Positions 12,410-26,517 of a stretch of 64,000 nucleotides of DNA are shown here, one piece after another (position 1 is the first letter of the stretch; every line of letters begins with the position of its first letter). The position numbers and the translations under genes were made by a program. The notes below the pieces were generated by a model that saw only the letters and a program-made list of their open reading frames with translations, made no database searches and had not been told where the DNA came from. The stretch spans positions 930,001 through 994,000 of the forward strand of contig CM038998.1 in the NCBI GenBank assembly GCA_017499595.2. The letters are read 5' to 3'. Origin of the DNA: Psilocybe cubensis. Taxonomy: Eukaryota.

Positions 12410-13970
12410 CGTGATTGACTGGCTCTGCGAACGATGCAAGAGGCAATCCAGTATTTATATGCCTGTCTTTTATCTGCAATATACGCGATCAGATTGTATG
12501 TTCAGGGCCCCATGAGCATATGCAAGCATTGTTAGATATGAAGGTAAGTGGTGCGTGTGGTTATGCAGAGCAGGGCTACGGCAAAAAAATTGACAAATCT
12601 GATTATTCATTTCCAGTTTGTAGGCAGGTAAAATATTACAAAGCACTCGTTTCTGCTGCCTCTCAGACATGCGCTTAGAAATAATTCCTCGGTGTCGAGT
12701 TCTGCTGATATATGGCGCACCTAGAAATATGGCCGTGAGCCCCGGCCTGTTGGACCACTGAGAAGTTGTAGGAGCAGTACGATGTGTTTACATGCGTTTA
12801 AGCAGAATCAGCGATTTTGCGTGATTATGGCGCTTTTGCCTATAAAAAGAACAGATCATAGTAGCCAAATGTCATTCTAAGCGCTCAGACGTTCGTTTTT
12901 CGAAGTTTTGAGGCATTGAGTGAATGGCGGAATGGTGGAAGGATTCAGGAACGAATTGACCTTTGGGTCATCGATGAAAGTCAGATTCATACTCAGTTGG
13001 CAAATGCCGAGTCACAGCCAACAGCCATCGCAATAAACGGTCCATTCACGCACGCTCATGAACATCAGACTATATCAGCTGTCCATTTGACGTCCAGACT
13101 CACAAATAACCTCATCCTCTGAATTCTGCCATTCCGACTGTGTCGGTTTCAGCATTCAGTGAAAGAAACCTCATCAGGCCCGTCTTGCTACCAATGCAAC
13201 CATCTGGACAGCTCAAATTTCCGAATTCATTACTCTCATTTCTCACAAAGAGAATATCCAGAAGTGTACCTTGCAGGGGAAAGGTAGACCCGGGGCTGCT
13301 GTCACTCTCGGAATTATCGATCTCGAGATGCATTCAGTCATATCAGTCATATCGATTCGGAACATACATTGGTTGGGTACCATAACGCGGCGTTACCCAC
13401 GGACGCAAAGGACCGGAAACAATGAAATTTAAAAATGCAAAATGTTCGCACACACTGCTCGGATGATGATTTGGACTTCATATTTTGGCAGTGTGCGCTG
13501 CATGGGCTGATGTGCCAAGGCACCACATCTGCCCATTCGATTGGCAAGGATCTCGTTGTCTATGTCTACACCCCGCTGTCGAATGCTCTAGACGGCGACA
13601 GGCGATGTGTGTCGAGAATCTACATTATGCTGTTGGGCTACCCCTGATCCTCTCCTGGAGCAGAGGATGTGCACTGGAAAGCCCTGATCGACGTTGGACT
13701 CGTTCTTCAACCACTTTATTTTTACAAAAGCTATATGAGGACGGACCTTCAGTTACGCTGGCGCATTTGAGAGTCATCGACACGTCGCATCAATGGTAAC
13801 TTGATCAATATCTGCCATGACATATCTTGGTATACTCGTGTAATCGGCCTCTGAAAATATGAAAGATCCATTAGCACTCCACGGTCTGACATTGCGAGCG
13901 GGGTTATCAAGTACATATATGTACGCGACGCTCAGAGGGCAATTATCCCATCCCATCTTTCTTTTACACT

Positions 13971-16391
13971 ATGCTGGGACTACTTGCTTTTGTGGCACTT
14001 TCTCTGCAGAGTTTTGCTGGGGCCAGTCTCATTTCTGGCCCGACTGTAAAACTCGACGCTGCGACGGCTATTGGGACGAATGTTGGACCTCTCTCCAAGT
14101 TTCTAGGGATTCCCTATGCAGTACCACCGTCAGTATCCATCCACCTACCTTTGATATTGTAGCTAACATCCGTCAAAACAGTGTACGCTTTCGTCCAGCT
14201 CAAGCTGCACCTCCGTACAGGGGCAACATCGATGCTAGAAAATACGGTGCTCTCTGTCCTCAGCAGAAAATCGACCTACCACAGTCGGGCATCCCGCAGG
14301 TAGACACAATATTGAACACCACTCCTGAACTCCGAAATGCGCCTGGAGTGGAGAGTGAAGATTGTGAGATTTAACTTTCATTGTCGAAGACGCTAGTCGA
14401 CTCATGGCATCTTCAGGTCTCACCCTCAATGTGATTAAACCAGCTGTTAGCCACTCCTCTCGCCCGTTACCGGTCGTCGTTGTAAGTTTTGGTGTTTGAC
14501 ACATGAATCTGAAAGCTAAATTAAAATATTGATGCGTCTAGTGGATTCACGGTGGTACGCCTATTTATTTTTGGGCCAGTAACCAGGAACGACAATGACG
14601 TTACTTTCCCAGGTGCTTATCAGGCCGGAGACACAGCTGGGTAGGTTGTCGTACACAACAATGTCGTAATTTTATTCTAAGGTTCTGGGTCAGGTACGAC
14701 GAAATTGGATCGGACCTTGTGAAGCGCTCGATTGCTCTAGGGAAACCCATTATTTATGTCTCAATGAACTACAGGTCTGTAACACATTTTAACTTGTTGG
14801 AATGGTTGACTAATTGTACATGTACAATAAACAGACTTACAGGTAATCTTTTTGGAAGAATATATTGACCATCGCTGATCAAATTAATAATGCTTAGCTT
14901 ACGGGTTTATGGGAGGTGTGGAAATTTTCCAAGATGGCAGTGGGAACTTGGGTCTTCGTGATCGTAAGTTTTTCATTGACCAGATTTTCGCAATGATAAA
15001 TCTGTTCCTTAACACAGAACGTCTCGCTATCAAGTGGGTCAACAAATACATCCGCTCATTTGGCGGCGATGCATCCAAAGTTACGCTGTACGGCTTGCTA
15101 GCTGAATATCTGTGTATAGCTGGAGACTAATAGTTTCATGTTACAGCTGGGGACAATCTTCAGGCGCCATCTCTATCGGTTTACAGATGATGACCAATGG
15201 AGGCGACAATGAAGGTCTTTTCCGTGGCGGTTTCTTGCAATCCGGATCGCCACTTCCAATTGGGAATATCACAAAAGGAACTGGTCAAGTAAAGTTTTTC
15301 CTTCCAACACACATTCACAACTTTTGACATCGATCTTGCAGGTATACTATGATTTCATTAGCGCGGATACCGGATGCTCTACCTCGAACAACACACTTGA
15401 GTGCTTGCGTAACCTTCCTTTCCCAGTTCTCAAAGCGACCGTGGACAAAACTCCAAGCTTCTTCTCATATCTGGTATGTTTCCTAGCTACAAAATGGCTG
15501 AGTGTGTCACTCACAAGATGTTAGTCGCTTGCCTTGATCTGGCATCCTAGCGTAGACGGCATTTTCCTAAAGGACAATCCCCAGAGCTTGGTGACTCAGG
15601 GAAAATTCGCAAGCATACCAATTGTCTCTGGAACCACCGATGACGAAGGGACCATGTTCGGACTCTCGTCTCTGAATGTTACGTTCGTCCCTTCCTCGTG
15701 TCTTTTTACATGGAGCTATTAATAACTTTCATTGACTTTTCGCCTTCGTACAGCACCGAGGACCAGTTCCGTCAATACATCAGCACCGTTTGGTATCCCC
15801 GCAATCCGGTCTCGGAACTGGACCAATTGTGGACATTCTACCCTGCCGATGTCACCCAAGGCTCTCCGTTCAACACAGGAAACAAAAATGCACTTACTCC
15901 GCAATTCAAGAGAATATCGGCGTTCATTGGTGACTCGGTACAGTCAGGACCAAGACGGACGTTTTTACAGAAGGCTTCGACTAAGAATAAAGTGTGGGCT
16001 TATAGTAAGTTCCCAATATTGACCCCATTTCTTATAATTTCTAACCTGGCTTTACACTTTTAGTTAGCGAAGTAGCGAAGTCTACACCTGGGGTTGGATC
16101 CGTGAGTACAATGTCAATATCCCATTCGCTATTTCGTTAACACAGGAATCAACTTAGTATCATGGATCCGATCTGGTTTCTGGTGCAGCCACCGACTATC
16201 TCATCAACTTTGTAACAGATCTTGATCCAAATACGCACTCAACCCCGCATTGGCCGACGTACGATGCTCATTCACCTCAACTACTCACATTGCCTCAATC
16301 TGGGAAACCGTTTTTGACGCCTGACACTTTCAGACTCGATGCTATAAATTATCTCAATAATCTATCCTTCGCTCATCCATTTGTACTCTAA
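13971..16391 (+). CDS. Secreted carboxylesterase/lipase (fungal lipase/sterol-esterase type), copy 3
   Basis: Signal peptide, PTVKLD, SKFLGIPYAVPP, ESEDC, WIHGG micro-exon, WGQSSGAIS, GTTDDEGT, YHGSDL, ends AHPFVL*. Many short introns. Confidence 0.9.
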
Positions 16392-16825
16392 ATTTTTTTT
16401 TGTTATTTTCATCAACCCTTGTATTGTCATTTTTGTTAAAAATTAAATTGAATCATTTGCTATATTTTCCGTCCTTGTTTACGATCAAACCGCCAAAAGA
16501 ATCTCGTCTAAAACCCACCTTCTTTCTATTTTGAATTTGATGAATAGAGGTTCGCTTTAAGTGGAGCTGAGATCAATCATCAGGCGCGAGCTGGACGCGA
16601 ACAAGACGCGAATCCGATTAGATTAGATCAAATCGCAATCGATTGGCTTGATAAAGATTTCAGGATAGGAGTCTGGGAAGTAAAGGCAAAGGTGCAATCG
16701 CACGACTTTGAGTTTGGGCACAGGCTCAGATCCAACTCGAAAACCAAATTAGAGCTCCTCCTTGGTCTTACATCCTACTTTCACCTACACACCTATCCCC
16801 CCTACCAATTACACTTTCGTTCGCC

Positions 16826-18249
16826 ATGTCTGCGCCCTCGTACTCCCTTTTCTGCATGGGCAACCCGCTGCTCGACATGCAGGTCCGCAACGGCGAACAG
16901 CTCCTCGAGAAATACGGGCTCAAAGCCAACGATGCGATTTTGGCAGACGAGAAACAGTCCGAGATGTTCGTCGCCTCCGTCTCCTCGGGTATCCCTTGTA
17001 CCCTTGTGTGCTGACTGGCTTTTTTCGATCGGGAATAGATACGATGAATTGGTGAAGGAACATCAAGTGACATATGTCGCTGGCGGCGCGGCGCAGAACG
17101 CCGCCCGCGGAGCAGCTGTGCGTACCTCATAAAAAATTGTTGCACACGAATGATCAGCTCATGGGATGAATTTTTTTGATTTTGATTTTGGGATGTAGTA
17201 CATCCTCCCTCCCGGATCCGTTGTGTACACTGGTGCCGTCGGCGACGATGAGCTCGCGGAGCAGCTCAAGGCCGCTAACAAGCGCGAGGGCCTCGACCAG
17301 GTGTACCAGGTCAAGAAGGGCGAGAAGACAGGCGCGTGCGCGGTCGTTATCACCGGCCACCACCGGTATGTTTCTCTCTCTCTCTCTCTCTCTCTCTTCT
17401 TTTTTTTCGTTGTTAAAGAAGTTCGCTGAGACGTGTGTTAAACGCCGTATAGATCCCTCGTCACTACCCTGCGCGTCGCTGAGAAATTCGAAAAGTCGCA
17501 CTTGTCGTCGCCTGAAGTTGCGCCTCTTGTCGAGAACGCCAAGTTCTTCTACATCGAGGGATACTTCCTCACACACGGCGTCGAGTCCGCTCTCGAGCTG
17601 AGCAGCAAAGCCTCCGCCGCAGGCAAGGCAAGTCAAAATAATCGCTCTCCCAAACAACCATCTCTAACCCACAAAAAATCCTAATCTAACCTAAACCTAA
17701 TCACAGACATTCGTCATGAACCTCTCCGCGCCATTCATCGCCCAATTCTTCGGGGAGCAGCTTAACCAAATCCTGCCGCACACCGACATCATAATCGGCA
17801 ACGAAGCCGAAGCCGAAGCATGGGCAACCGCGCACAACTACGCATCCACGACAGACCTCGCATCCATCGCCAAGCAAATCGCGCTGCTCCCCAAATCGAA
17901 CCCGGCGCGCCCGCGCGTCGTCGTCTTCACCCACGGCGCGCAGAGCACGGTGCTGGTGAGCGCGGACAGGCCGGATGAGGCGAGGGTGTTTGATGTGGAT
18001 GTGCTGGCGGATGATAAGATTGTGGATACGAATGGCGCGGGGGATGCGTTTGCGGGTGGGTTCGTTGGTGCGCTTGTGGCGGGCAAGGACCTTGAGGGTG
18101 CGGTGTTGGCTGGCCATGCGCTTGCGCGCCAGTGTGTGCAGCAGGTGAGCTGTTTTTCTTTTTCTTTTTTTTTTTTCTGTTTGGGCTAAGACTGACGTTT
18201 TGTACAGGTTGGACCACAGTACCCCTGGCCAAAAGTCGACATCTTGTAG
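16826..18249 (+). CDS. ADO1: Adenosine kinase (PfkB family)
   Basis: LFCMGNPLLD, YVAGGAAQNAARG, MNLSAPFI, IVDTNGAGDAFAGGF (PfkB signature), ends GPQYPWPKVDIL*. Confidence 0.95.
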
Positions 18250-19126
18250 ATTGTCTTGATTCTTTCTTTCTTTCTTTCTCGTAGACGCGTTTTTCAACAA
18301 ACGAAAAAATAATGCATTCAACATGCATTATATACCCCCCATCCATATCCATGTAACACCCTAGAAAAAAAAGAAAAGAAGTAGAATAATATAGGTCCTC
18401 AAAAACCATAACCATAACCATCTGAATCTCGTTGCCTTGTACCTAACAGGTTCAAGGTCCGAGGTTCAAGCTGGTTCAAGGGTTCAAAACACCGACACCG
18501 ACGTTCGATCATGGAACGTCATCACAGTAAACAATGAAATGAGAAAAAGGAAAAACGCAAGAGCGACGTGGATACGATTATGAACAAGGTGTGTATGTGT
18601 GTGTATGCGTGTGTGGGTGTGTGGGTGTGTGGGTGTGTGCGTAGGTAAGGTAAAAAAATGCATGATGCATGATTGTGCAATGTGTTTGTTGTCGAGGGAG
18701 GAAAGTTAGTGATATGTACCAGATTACAAAAAAAAGAAAAAAAATAGAAAAAAAGAGAGAGAATCGTATATGCATTAGACACAGTGGTAAAAAAAGGGAG
18801 GGAGCCCTTCCACTTATAAACCTGACCTGAGAATTAGAATTAAGAAAAAGAGAAAACAGACAAAGAAAAGAAATTCCGATTGTTACAGATAGCAATACAT
18901 TTCAATGTCCGAACACAAAAGAAAGACCGTGGATGAAGGGGGTTGGGGGTTGGTGTTGTGGTTGTGGTGGGGAAAAAGAAGAAGAAGCTCCTAGTGGCTG
19001 AGGTGGAAGAAAAGAAAACGGAAGATGAAGATGATAAAAAGCGTTTAAGAAAAAACCAAAAAAAACAACGAAAAAATAGGGGTCGCGGAAGTTGAACGAT
19101 GCGTGTGCGTGTGTGTGTGCGTTGTT

Positions 19127-20839
19127 TCATGATGGCGGTGGTGACGCGAGAGATTCCTACATCCATTCAATTCAATTCAGTTACACCAGACAAAGAGAGA
19201 TAAAATAAAATATGTATACCTGAGTCAACAGTTCAGCTACAATCCGTCCAAGAAAAATCATGTCAGTAAAGAATGAAAAATTTAAGGAGACCAAGTAAGC
19301 AAGCAAAGTAAGCCAAAATATAAACAGACCTGGATTCAACATCGGCTCTCCATCTTCAGTCAACATATGCTCCATATGCTCCGGGCGCTCGAGCTCGAGC
19401 GGCGACGACACATAATCACGCAGACTATCCACCACATCCTCCAGCTCCATACTATCAATAGCGGTTCGATCTGACAGATCGTCGGTGTTGTCGTCTTCGT
19501 GCTGGTGCTGGTGTGGATCAGAGTCGCTTTGCTCTCGTTGTCGTTTTCGTTGTCCTTTCTGCTGCTCCCTGTCCCTGTCCCTGTCCCGCTCCCTGTCCCG
19601 CTCCCGTTCGCGTTCGCGCTCGCGCTCCCTCTCCCTCTCGCGCTCCTGCTCTTCCCGCTCTTGCTGATCCTTCGCTTCCGCTTGCATAAGCACCGCTCGC
19701 ACGGCTGCTAGAACCTCTGCCTCCGTAAGCTCTGAATTATCATTCAGATGCGGATCAATAATAGTGCTCGAGCTAGTGCTCGGGGGCGGTGGCTGCTGCT
19801 GCTGCTGCTGCTGGGCCGCGGCCTGGGAAGCAGATGAACCGCGGGACGTAGATGCGCCAGCGGACGAGCTGGCGTCGGCGGCGGCGGTAGGCGGCGGAGG
19901 CCCTTTGAACGCGGGAGGGTCGGCTGGGGGGTATTCGGTCGTATGTGGACGGTAATGCGGGGAGGGGTAGTATACGTGCTGGGGCACGTAGCCTATAGGA
20001 CCCATCGTGGGCGCGAGCGTGCCGTTCGCCCAGCTGTTAGGGTACGTTGTCCATGCAAGCGGCGCGCCCGCTGCGTCGACGCGGGGAGGAGGGGGGACAA
20101 TGGCTGTAGCGCAAGTAGTAGTAGTAGTAGTGGTGGTGGTGGTCAATGCAGATGATAAAAGGATAACAAAGAAAAAAAAACGTACGAGGGAGGATGACGG
20201 TGTGAGAGCGGTAATAGCTGGAGGGCCCGGTGTGCGTCGGGGTGCCCTGGTGCGTCTGCACGGGGATGTTGTTGATTTCGCGCTCTTTGCCCTTTGACGA
20301 GGACGGCGTGCCGCTTCGACTGCGGCCGTTCTCGTCCTCGTCGTTGCCCATCTCGGGGGTCATGATCACTACACCGTCGTGTCTAGGGGTAGTATTAGGA
20401 GGTTAAAGTAGAGAGCAGCAAAGATGGAAACATGCCTAGATTTCTGGTGCCTGCGTAGTGCATCGGCCTAAATCAATGCAGATATAAGCACAACGATATC
20501 CCTGCGAGAAAATGAATGGACAAAGGAAGGCCCAGTTACCCTGGTAAAATTGGCATCGCACTGGGGACATTGACTACCAGAAAGAAAAAAAAAAGACCAA
20601 GGTCAGCAAAGAAGAGCAGGAGAACACGAATGGCGGAGACGGCGCGTTACAGACAAGCTGGGCATGGAGTGCATCTTTGTGGTCCTCTGATGGCGTTTCA
20701 AATCGGCCTCGCGGGCAAACTGCTTGTTGCAGCCGTTGATCTTGCATGGCCAGACGCCTGTGATGTGTCTCTTGCGGGTAGTGTGTTTGCGTGCAGGGTC
20801 TGAGGAGGAGGATTCAGGGCGGTCGTCGGAGGGGGGCAT
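19127..20839 (-). CDS. C2H2 zinc-finger transcription factor with low-complexity C-terminal region
   Basis: WPCKINGCNKQFAREADLKRHQRTTKMH zinc finger, with a second finger split over micro-exons. Poly-Q and ER/DR dipeptide runs. Spliced end MLNPAELLTQESLASPPPS*. Alternative start at 20971. Confidence 0.8.
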
Positions 20840-21102
20840 GCGGGATGATCTGGGCTGGCGCTGGGGAGTTGGGGCGGGGGCTGCGGTGCCGCTGCCGCTG
20901 CCGGGGAAGTAAGGCAGAGGCTTCCAGACACTCACTGCGGGCACGGCGTTGACACCGTCCGCTCTGACCATGGAAAATAAAGATTGATTAATTGGTGCGT
21001 TGGCGGCGCTGCGAGTCGAGGTCAACTGTGTTTGTTTATTTACTTCCAGGGCCTTCTTGATCAATAATGATTACATAGCATAAATCCAAGTTACTACTAC
21101 TA

Positions 21103-24100
21103 CTACAAAGCCCTCGCCTTCTCCAGCAGCCCCTGCACCCGTCGACTTAGCCGCTCGCCCTGCAGCCTCCGCTCCAGCACCTGCTGTCCAGGCATCTGTT
21201 TCCGCGGCAGCCACACCTTGCCCCCCTTTGCCTCTGCCCGCTTCGCATTCAACACAGACAGGTCCACCACCCGCGGCGCAGACGAGTACTCCATCACCTC
21301 GCGGTACAGCCGCTTCGTCTCCGTCGACAGCGAGAGCACCGTCGGCGCAGGTGGGGGATCCTCTGCGTCCGAATCCTCTGTGTCCGAGTTCCCTGATACG
21401 ACCAGCGGCGGCGTGGGCGTGCGTGCGACGGGCCGGGGAAGCGGCGGAAGAGTCTCGATTTCGCGGAGGAGGTCGTGTCCTTTGAGATACGAGTTTTCAG
21501 TTCGGAGGAACCGCACCGTCCCACGCAATGCCTCGATCTATGCGCATATATCAGCTCTGCAATCCCAACACAGACAAGAATACTTACCTGTTCAAGGAGA
21601 TGCGACGTCTCCAAACTACCTTCAACAGGCACATTCTCCGTCTCCACCTGCATCGGCCCAACAGCTAAAATCCCTTATCAATAAAAAAACGCGCATACAA
21701 TCCATTCCAAACACTCACATTGCCTCTCCTGTCCAGCCGTCATCGTCTTCAACTTGGCATTATCCTGCTCCAGCGTGTCCAAGTCCGCCTGCAACTGCTC
21801 CATCGCCTCCTCATACGCCCGCTCCTGCTTCCTCGCCTTCGCAAGCTCATTCTCCAGCTCAACAATCGTGTCCGCCTGCTTCTTCACCGCCTCCAGCCGC
21901 CGCTCCATCAGCTCAATCTTCACCGTCGACTCCTGGATCGTCTGGTCTTTCGTGCGTAGTGTCCGCGCGAGACCTTGTATCTCGTCGTTCAGCGACGACA
22001 CTTTGCGTTCAGCTTCGACATTAACAGCCAGCGCCGCTTTGATCTCCGCCACTCTCGCGACCCACGGTGCAATACCAGTAACTGCGCAATAAATATACCG
22101 TCAACACACATTCATCTGTACAAGGAACACTCGAGACTTACTCTTCAGTACATTCTCAGGCTCAGATACAGGCTGAACGAGCTTGGTGCTCTCCTCAATC
22201 AACAAGCTGATAAAGTCCCCAACCGCCTCCCACGCCGAAGCACCAGGCTTCATCTCCGGCGCAACAGTCGACGTCGCCGACTGCTTGACCACAGCCAAAA
22301 TGGACGTCAACTGGAACGGACACTTGAGCGCGCGGACGTCCTTCAAATGCGGCAGAATTTGTTGGGCAAGCTAACAAATGCCAAGCAGAGTGAGTGAGTG
22401 AGTGAGTGAGTGAGTTGTTCTGAGAATGAAATGAATGAATGTCCATGGGGGGAAAACGCACCGAAATGCCAAAGTTGACCATCTCAGCAACATAATTGCT
22501 CAAAGCCTTCATCTGAGGAATAATATGCGGTTTCACAGCAGCCGAATCCTGCGCCAGATCTTCCAGCCTCTTGATCAACTTCCTATAACACACAAATCAA
22601 AATCGCATATCAGCAAAACCATCTTCGCTTAGATCACATTAACGGCATGGGTTAGTAAACCGTTAATACGTACTTGGACAAAGTCTTTGCACTCTTGCAT
22701 CGGTTGATGAGGACAAGTAGCGGCTCGAACAACTCTTGGTCAATATCGTAACCGCCCATTTCCAGTGTGATATCTGCCACAAAAAAAATAAATTCCAGGT
22801 AAGCTTGACGGTTACAATACATTGCAGCGGAAGAGGAACGCACCGTCTTCTTTGATGACGCTAGCGACAGATGTCCTGGTCAACCCGATCGAAGCAGCGA
22901 ACATATCCAAATCGTGGTCAAACGCCGTAACATATCCCAACTCGCGCTCTGCAAGGTCAGTGTCGAATCCATCAAAGTACGTCTCTGCGAGGTGATCAAA
23001 TTGCGCTTGTATCCTAAATAAACAAATAGAAATGGAATGATCAGCAATGAGGTTCTTATGATGATACCATTTTTTTTTACAAAACAGAAAAGAAACGTAC
23101 TTGACAATATCATTAACACACTCCATATCCCTAAACTCATCGCGCCTCAACAAATCAATATGCATATCGATGCGTTTTTCCAAGGGCGCGATTTCAGGGT
23201 ACAATCTCCCGATATTCAAAAACGTCTCGACGTCGCATCTGCGAAGCACCGCGGCGAAGCGCTTGCATAGCGTCGAAAGTCCTGATATCCTGCCTCTCAT
23301 CTATCATTGAAAGAAAATAAAGAAAAAAGAAAATGCGAATTAAAAAAAAACACGTCGAACGTCAAAGGAGAGGATAAGACCCAAACGCACCTCGCATACT
23401 CCAACGATGGTATCTGTGACATCCCCGTTGAGCGCTTCGGGGAGGTTGTGGATGTGCGCTACGACGTTGTTGATCAGATCGGCTTTGTACCCCATACGGC
23501 GGAAGAACAGGTAGCAGCTCGTAGCGTCGCTGTCGGATTCGACGTATAGTTGCGGTAGGTAGGGCTAGATATAGATAACACATAGACACGGGGGTTTAGC
23601 TTAGCTCAAAAAAACAAAAGAAATAAAAAAGGAGAGAGAGATGGAGAGGGAGAAGGAGAAGGAGAAGGAGGAGAAGACGCACCTGGACGATATTCAACAG
23701 CTCTCTGCACTCCTTGGCCTCTATACTCTTCACCTCGAGATCAATCGTCCGCGCCTGGTTCTTCTGCGCAGACGATTGGAGTTTCAAGTTGAGCGACATG
23801 ATATTAGCCGCCTGCGATGCTGCCGACGCTGACTCTGACTGTGCCGTCTGTGTCTGCGTGCGTAGTTGGTCTAGGTCGCTGTATAATTGAAATAGTATCA
23901 GATATATGTCAATAGTCAATGTGAATTCGGAGGAGAGAAGGGAGGGAGGAGGAGAAGAACGTACGTCTGGAGTTGCATGACGAGATCGCGGAATTGTTGG
24001 ATAGTGCCTTCATAGTCCTGGCAAGTCTCTTCCAAACTATCGATCTTCCGCTGCAGCTCTCGTATCTGAGACTCCTTCGCCTCTAAAATAATAATAATAA

Positions 24101-26097
24101 AACACGATTTGATCAGCAACGCAATTCGCTCTTCTTTTTTTTAGAAAAGTTGTAATTGAACGCGGGACAAACCTAGATCTTCATGCAGCTGTTTCTCAGT
24201 CTCGGTATGGTTCTCTTCAAGCTCATCAGAAAGCTCTTTGAGCGCCTCGAGATCTTCAATGGTAATCCGCATCTCCTCGATTTTCTGCAAAAAAAGTTAT
24301 TATTTAATAACGTAGAACGTGAGTGCGATGTGGATAGAAAGCAAGAATTTACCTCCCCTAGAACAAGATTGCGTTCGGTCAATCTGACGAGCATGTCTTC
24401 GGCGGTGAGCGCGTCGTCCAGTTGGAGTTTGAGATCTTCGATCTGGGTTTCGGCGTTCGCGAGCTTGATCATCGCTTCGTCGTAGGACGCTTCAAGAGGA
24501 ATGGGTGGGTTATTGAAAATGATTTGCCAGAAATAATGTAAACGTACCTTGAAGGTTTTCAGCGTCTGACACGTCTTTCTCCATTTCAGATATCCGGCGT
24601 CGCTGCTCTTGTTCGGATTCTTGGGTCATGTCTCGTAGTCTATCATCATTGATTATGAGTATAAAAGTAAATAAAATATAAATGTGACTAACTTTATAAG
24701 AGCCTCTTTTAGCCGTTCATTCTGCTTCTCAAGCTGAATGTAAGCCATCGAATCTTTCGCAGGCGTATCCCCCGTTTCCGCGCCCTCTGAAAAGTATCCC
24801 TTGAGCATCAACTCAAATTTAAAAAAAGTCCAACACGCATACCTTCTTTCAGCACATCAACCTCAACCTCCAAAATGGCCAGCTTCTCCTTAACATCCTC
24901 CAACTCCGCCTCCGCCAGCTCCGCCCTCTCCTCCGCGACCTCCTTATCCAACATAACCATCTCCAGCTGCTCCTGCGCATCAATCACCCTGCTCTCCGCG
25001 AGCTGCGAGAGCTGCTGGGCGTCAGCGAGCTCGCGCCGCGTGGCGATGAGCTCGCTTTGCAGGGACGTCAGTTTGGCTTGGAGCTTGGGCCGCGCGGCGA
25101 CGAAGGCTTCGGTGTCGGCGAGACGCGTCTCGAGCTCGCGGATGTGCCGGGATTCGTCGGTGCGCTTTGCCTCGAGCACGCGGATTTTGGCGCGTAGTTC
25201 TTGGAGCTCGGTGTCATCGTGAGGTGGGGGCGGCTGTGGGGGAGGGGGAGCCTGAAAATGTGGTTGGGATGTGTGGATAGAATCGGGTAGAGGGAGGGAT
25301 ACTTACGGGTTCGGTTGGGGGTGGTGATGGGGGTGGAGAAGAAGCGAGACGGGAAGGTGGTCTTTGTGCTTGGGATATTGTTTGGAGGGGTGGTTGACTT
25401 AGGGGAGAAGATGTCCGTTTGACGGAGTATGGCTGGGAAGATGCGGAGGGTTTGACTGGTGATGTGGATCCATTGCGCGAGGCAGGGTTGGGAGAAGAAG
25501 GTGGGATGTCCTGCGATGGTGAGTGTCGGGTTATTAGTGACTTGCGGTGCTGAAGAGGCGACGTTAGCGACGAAGTGGATACGGGTGGTGGTCTCGCTGT
25601 AGAGCGAGACAGCGAGGGGGGCACGGCTAATGAGGTTGAAGGCTTTGCTGGACTGGCTGACCGGGTGGAGGCATTGGATGATGGCTGACTTTTGATGTTG
25701 ACAGAGTTGCGACGGAGGAGACTGCTGCTGCTTGGAGTGCGTTGATGGCCCAACCCAGCTGGACGCGCAGTCGACGGGAGTCTCTAGAAACAGGCAAAAT
25801 TCGTATGGTCTCTCTACAAAGTTTGAGATTACGCACTGGAGAGGGCAGGTTGTCGAGCTCTGAGCCGTGTATGCTTCGGATCTGACTTGGTCTCACAAAA
25901 ACACCGTACCCCATTTCGCACTTGAAGTACGCGATTCCCTCCACAGATCCGTCGTTCTTTCCGTTCTTCTCATACAGCTCAATTCCAACCCATTTCCCAG
26001 AGGTCATGAACGACGTTGGTCCTTTGAAACGGACCACACCGCGGCCCTGCGGCACAGTGACGATTGAGCCTATCGGGGGATCCATGACGCCAGACAT
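21103..26097 (-). CDS. DCTN1: Dynactin subunit 1 (p150Glued)
   Basis: N-terminal CAP-Gly domain (GKWVGIELYEKNGKNDGSV...YGVFVRPSQI), S/P-rich linker, coiled coil with LEMVMLDKEVAEERAELAE, and dynactin domain over many exons. Confidence 0.95.
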
Positions 26098-26517
26098 TGT
26101 GGGATTAGGTCGTCCAATCTATCAGGTATTTCGATTCTAGACTTTACAGTCTTGGGTATCTGAAGAAAATTATAGAGAAATGAAAGCCATAGATTATTAA
26201 AAAAACGTTTAGAAAGAGTTGGTTTAAGAGCAAAGTGTGAGGCGTCGCGTCACGCAAACAAACAGCTGATCCACATTCGGCCCTGTCTTCCATAATCGAC
26301 CTTCGATATTTCCTGTCACTGTCCTCTTCGGACTGACTTGAAGTCTTCCTCTATTCCCTCATTCTTCGTCGTTTTATCGGCAGGTTAGTTCGCTCAGTAA
26401 ATCTAGTCATAAAAATAACACTGATATCTGGGTTTTCGACAGTATCACAGCCAATTACGCCCTGTGGCTGGTTGCGAAGATCGAGTTGGATTCGAGGACC
26501 GAGTGCTATCTGGAAAG

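Noticed and set aside
6995-16391. Secondary-metabolite gene cluster
   Set aside because: No PKS, NRPS, terpene synthase, P450 or transporter is visible in the window.
17660-17703. Telomere-like CTAACC/CCTAA repeats
   Set aside because: Short, degenerate and located at the branch-point position of an intron.
1783-18249. Purine-metabolism cluster (xanA plus adenosine kinase)
   Set aside because: The genes are 14 kb apart, separated by unrelated esterases, with no other purine genes or transporter.
17701-22400. Long antisense or alternative-frame ORFs over ADO1, the zinc-finger gene and dynactin
   Set aside because: Expected shadows of GC-rich, low-complexity coding sequence, with no motifs of their own.
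26464-26517. GTG-initiated N-terminal extension of Raptor in the ORF track
   Set aside because: The track uses prokaryotic-style starts; the first in-frame ATG is at 26518.
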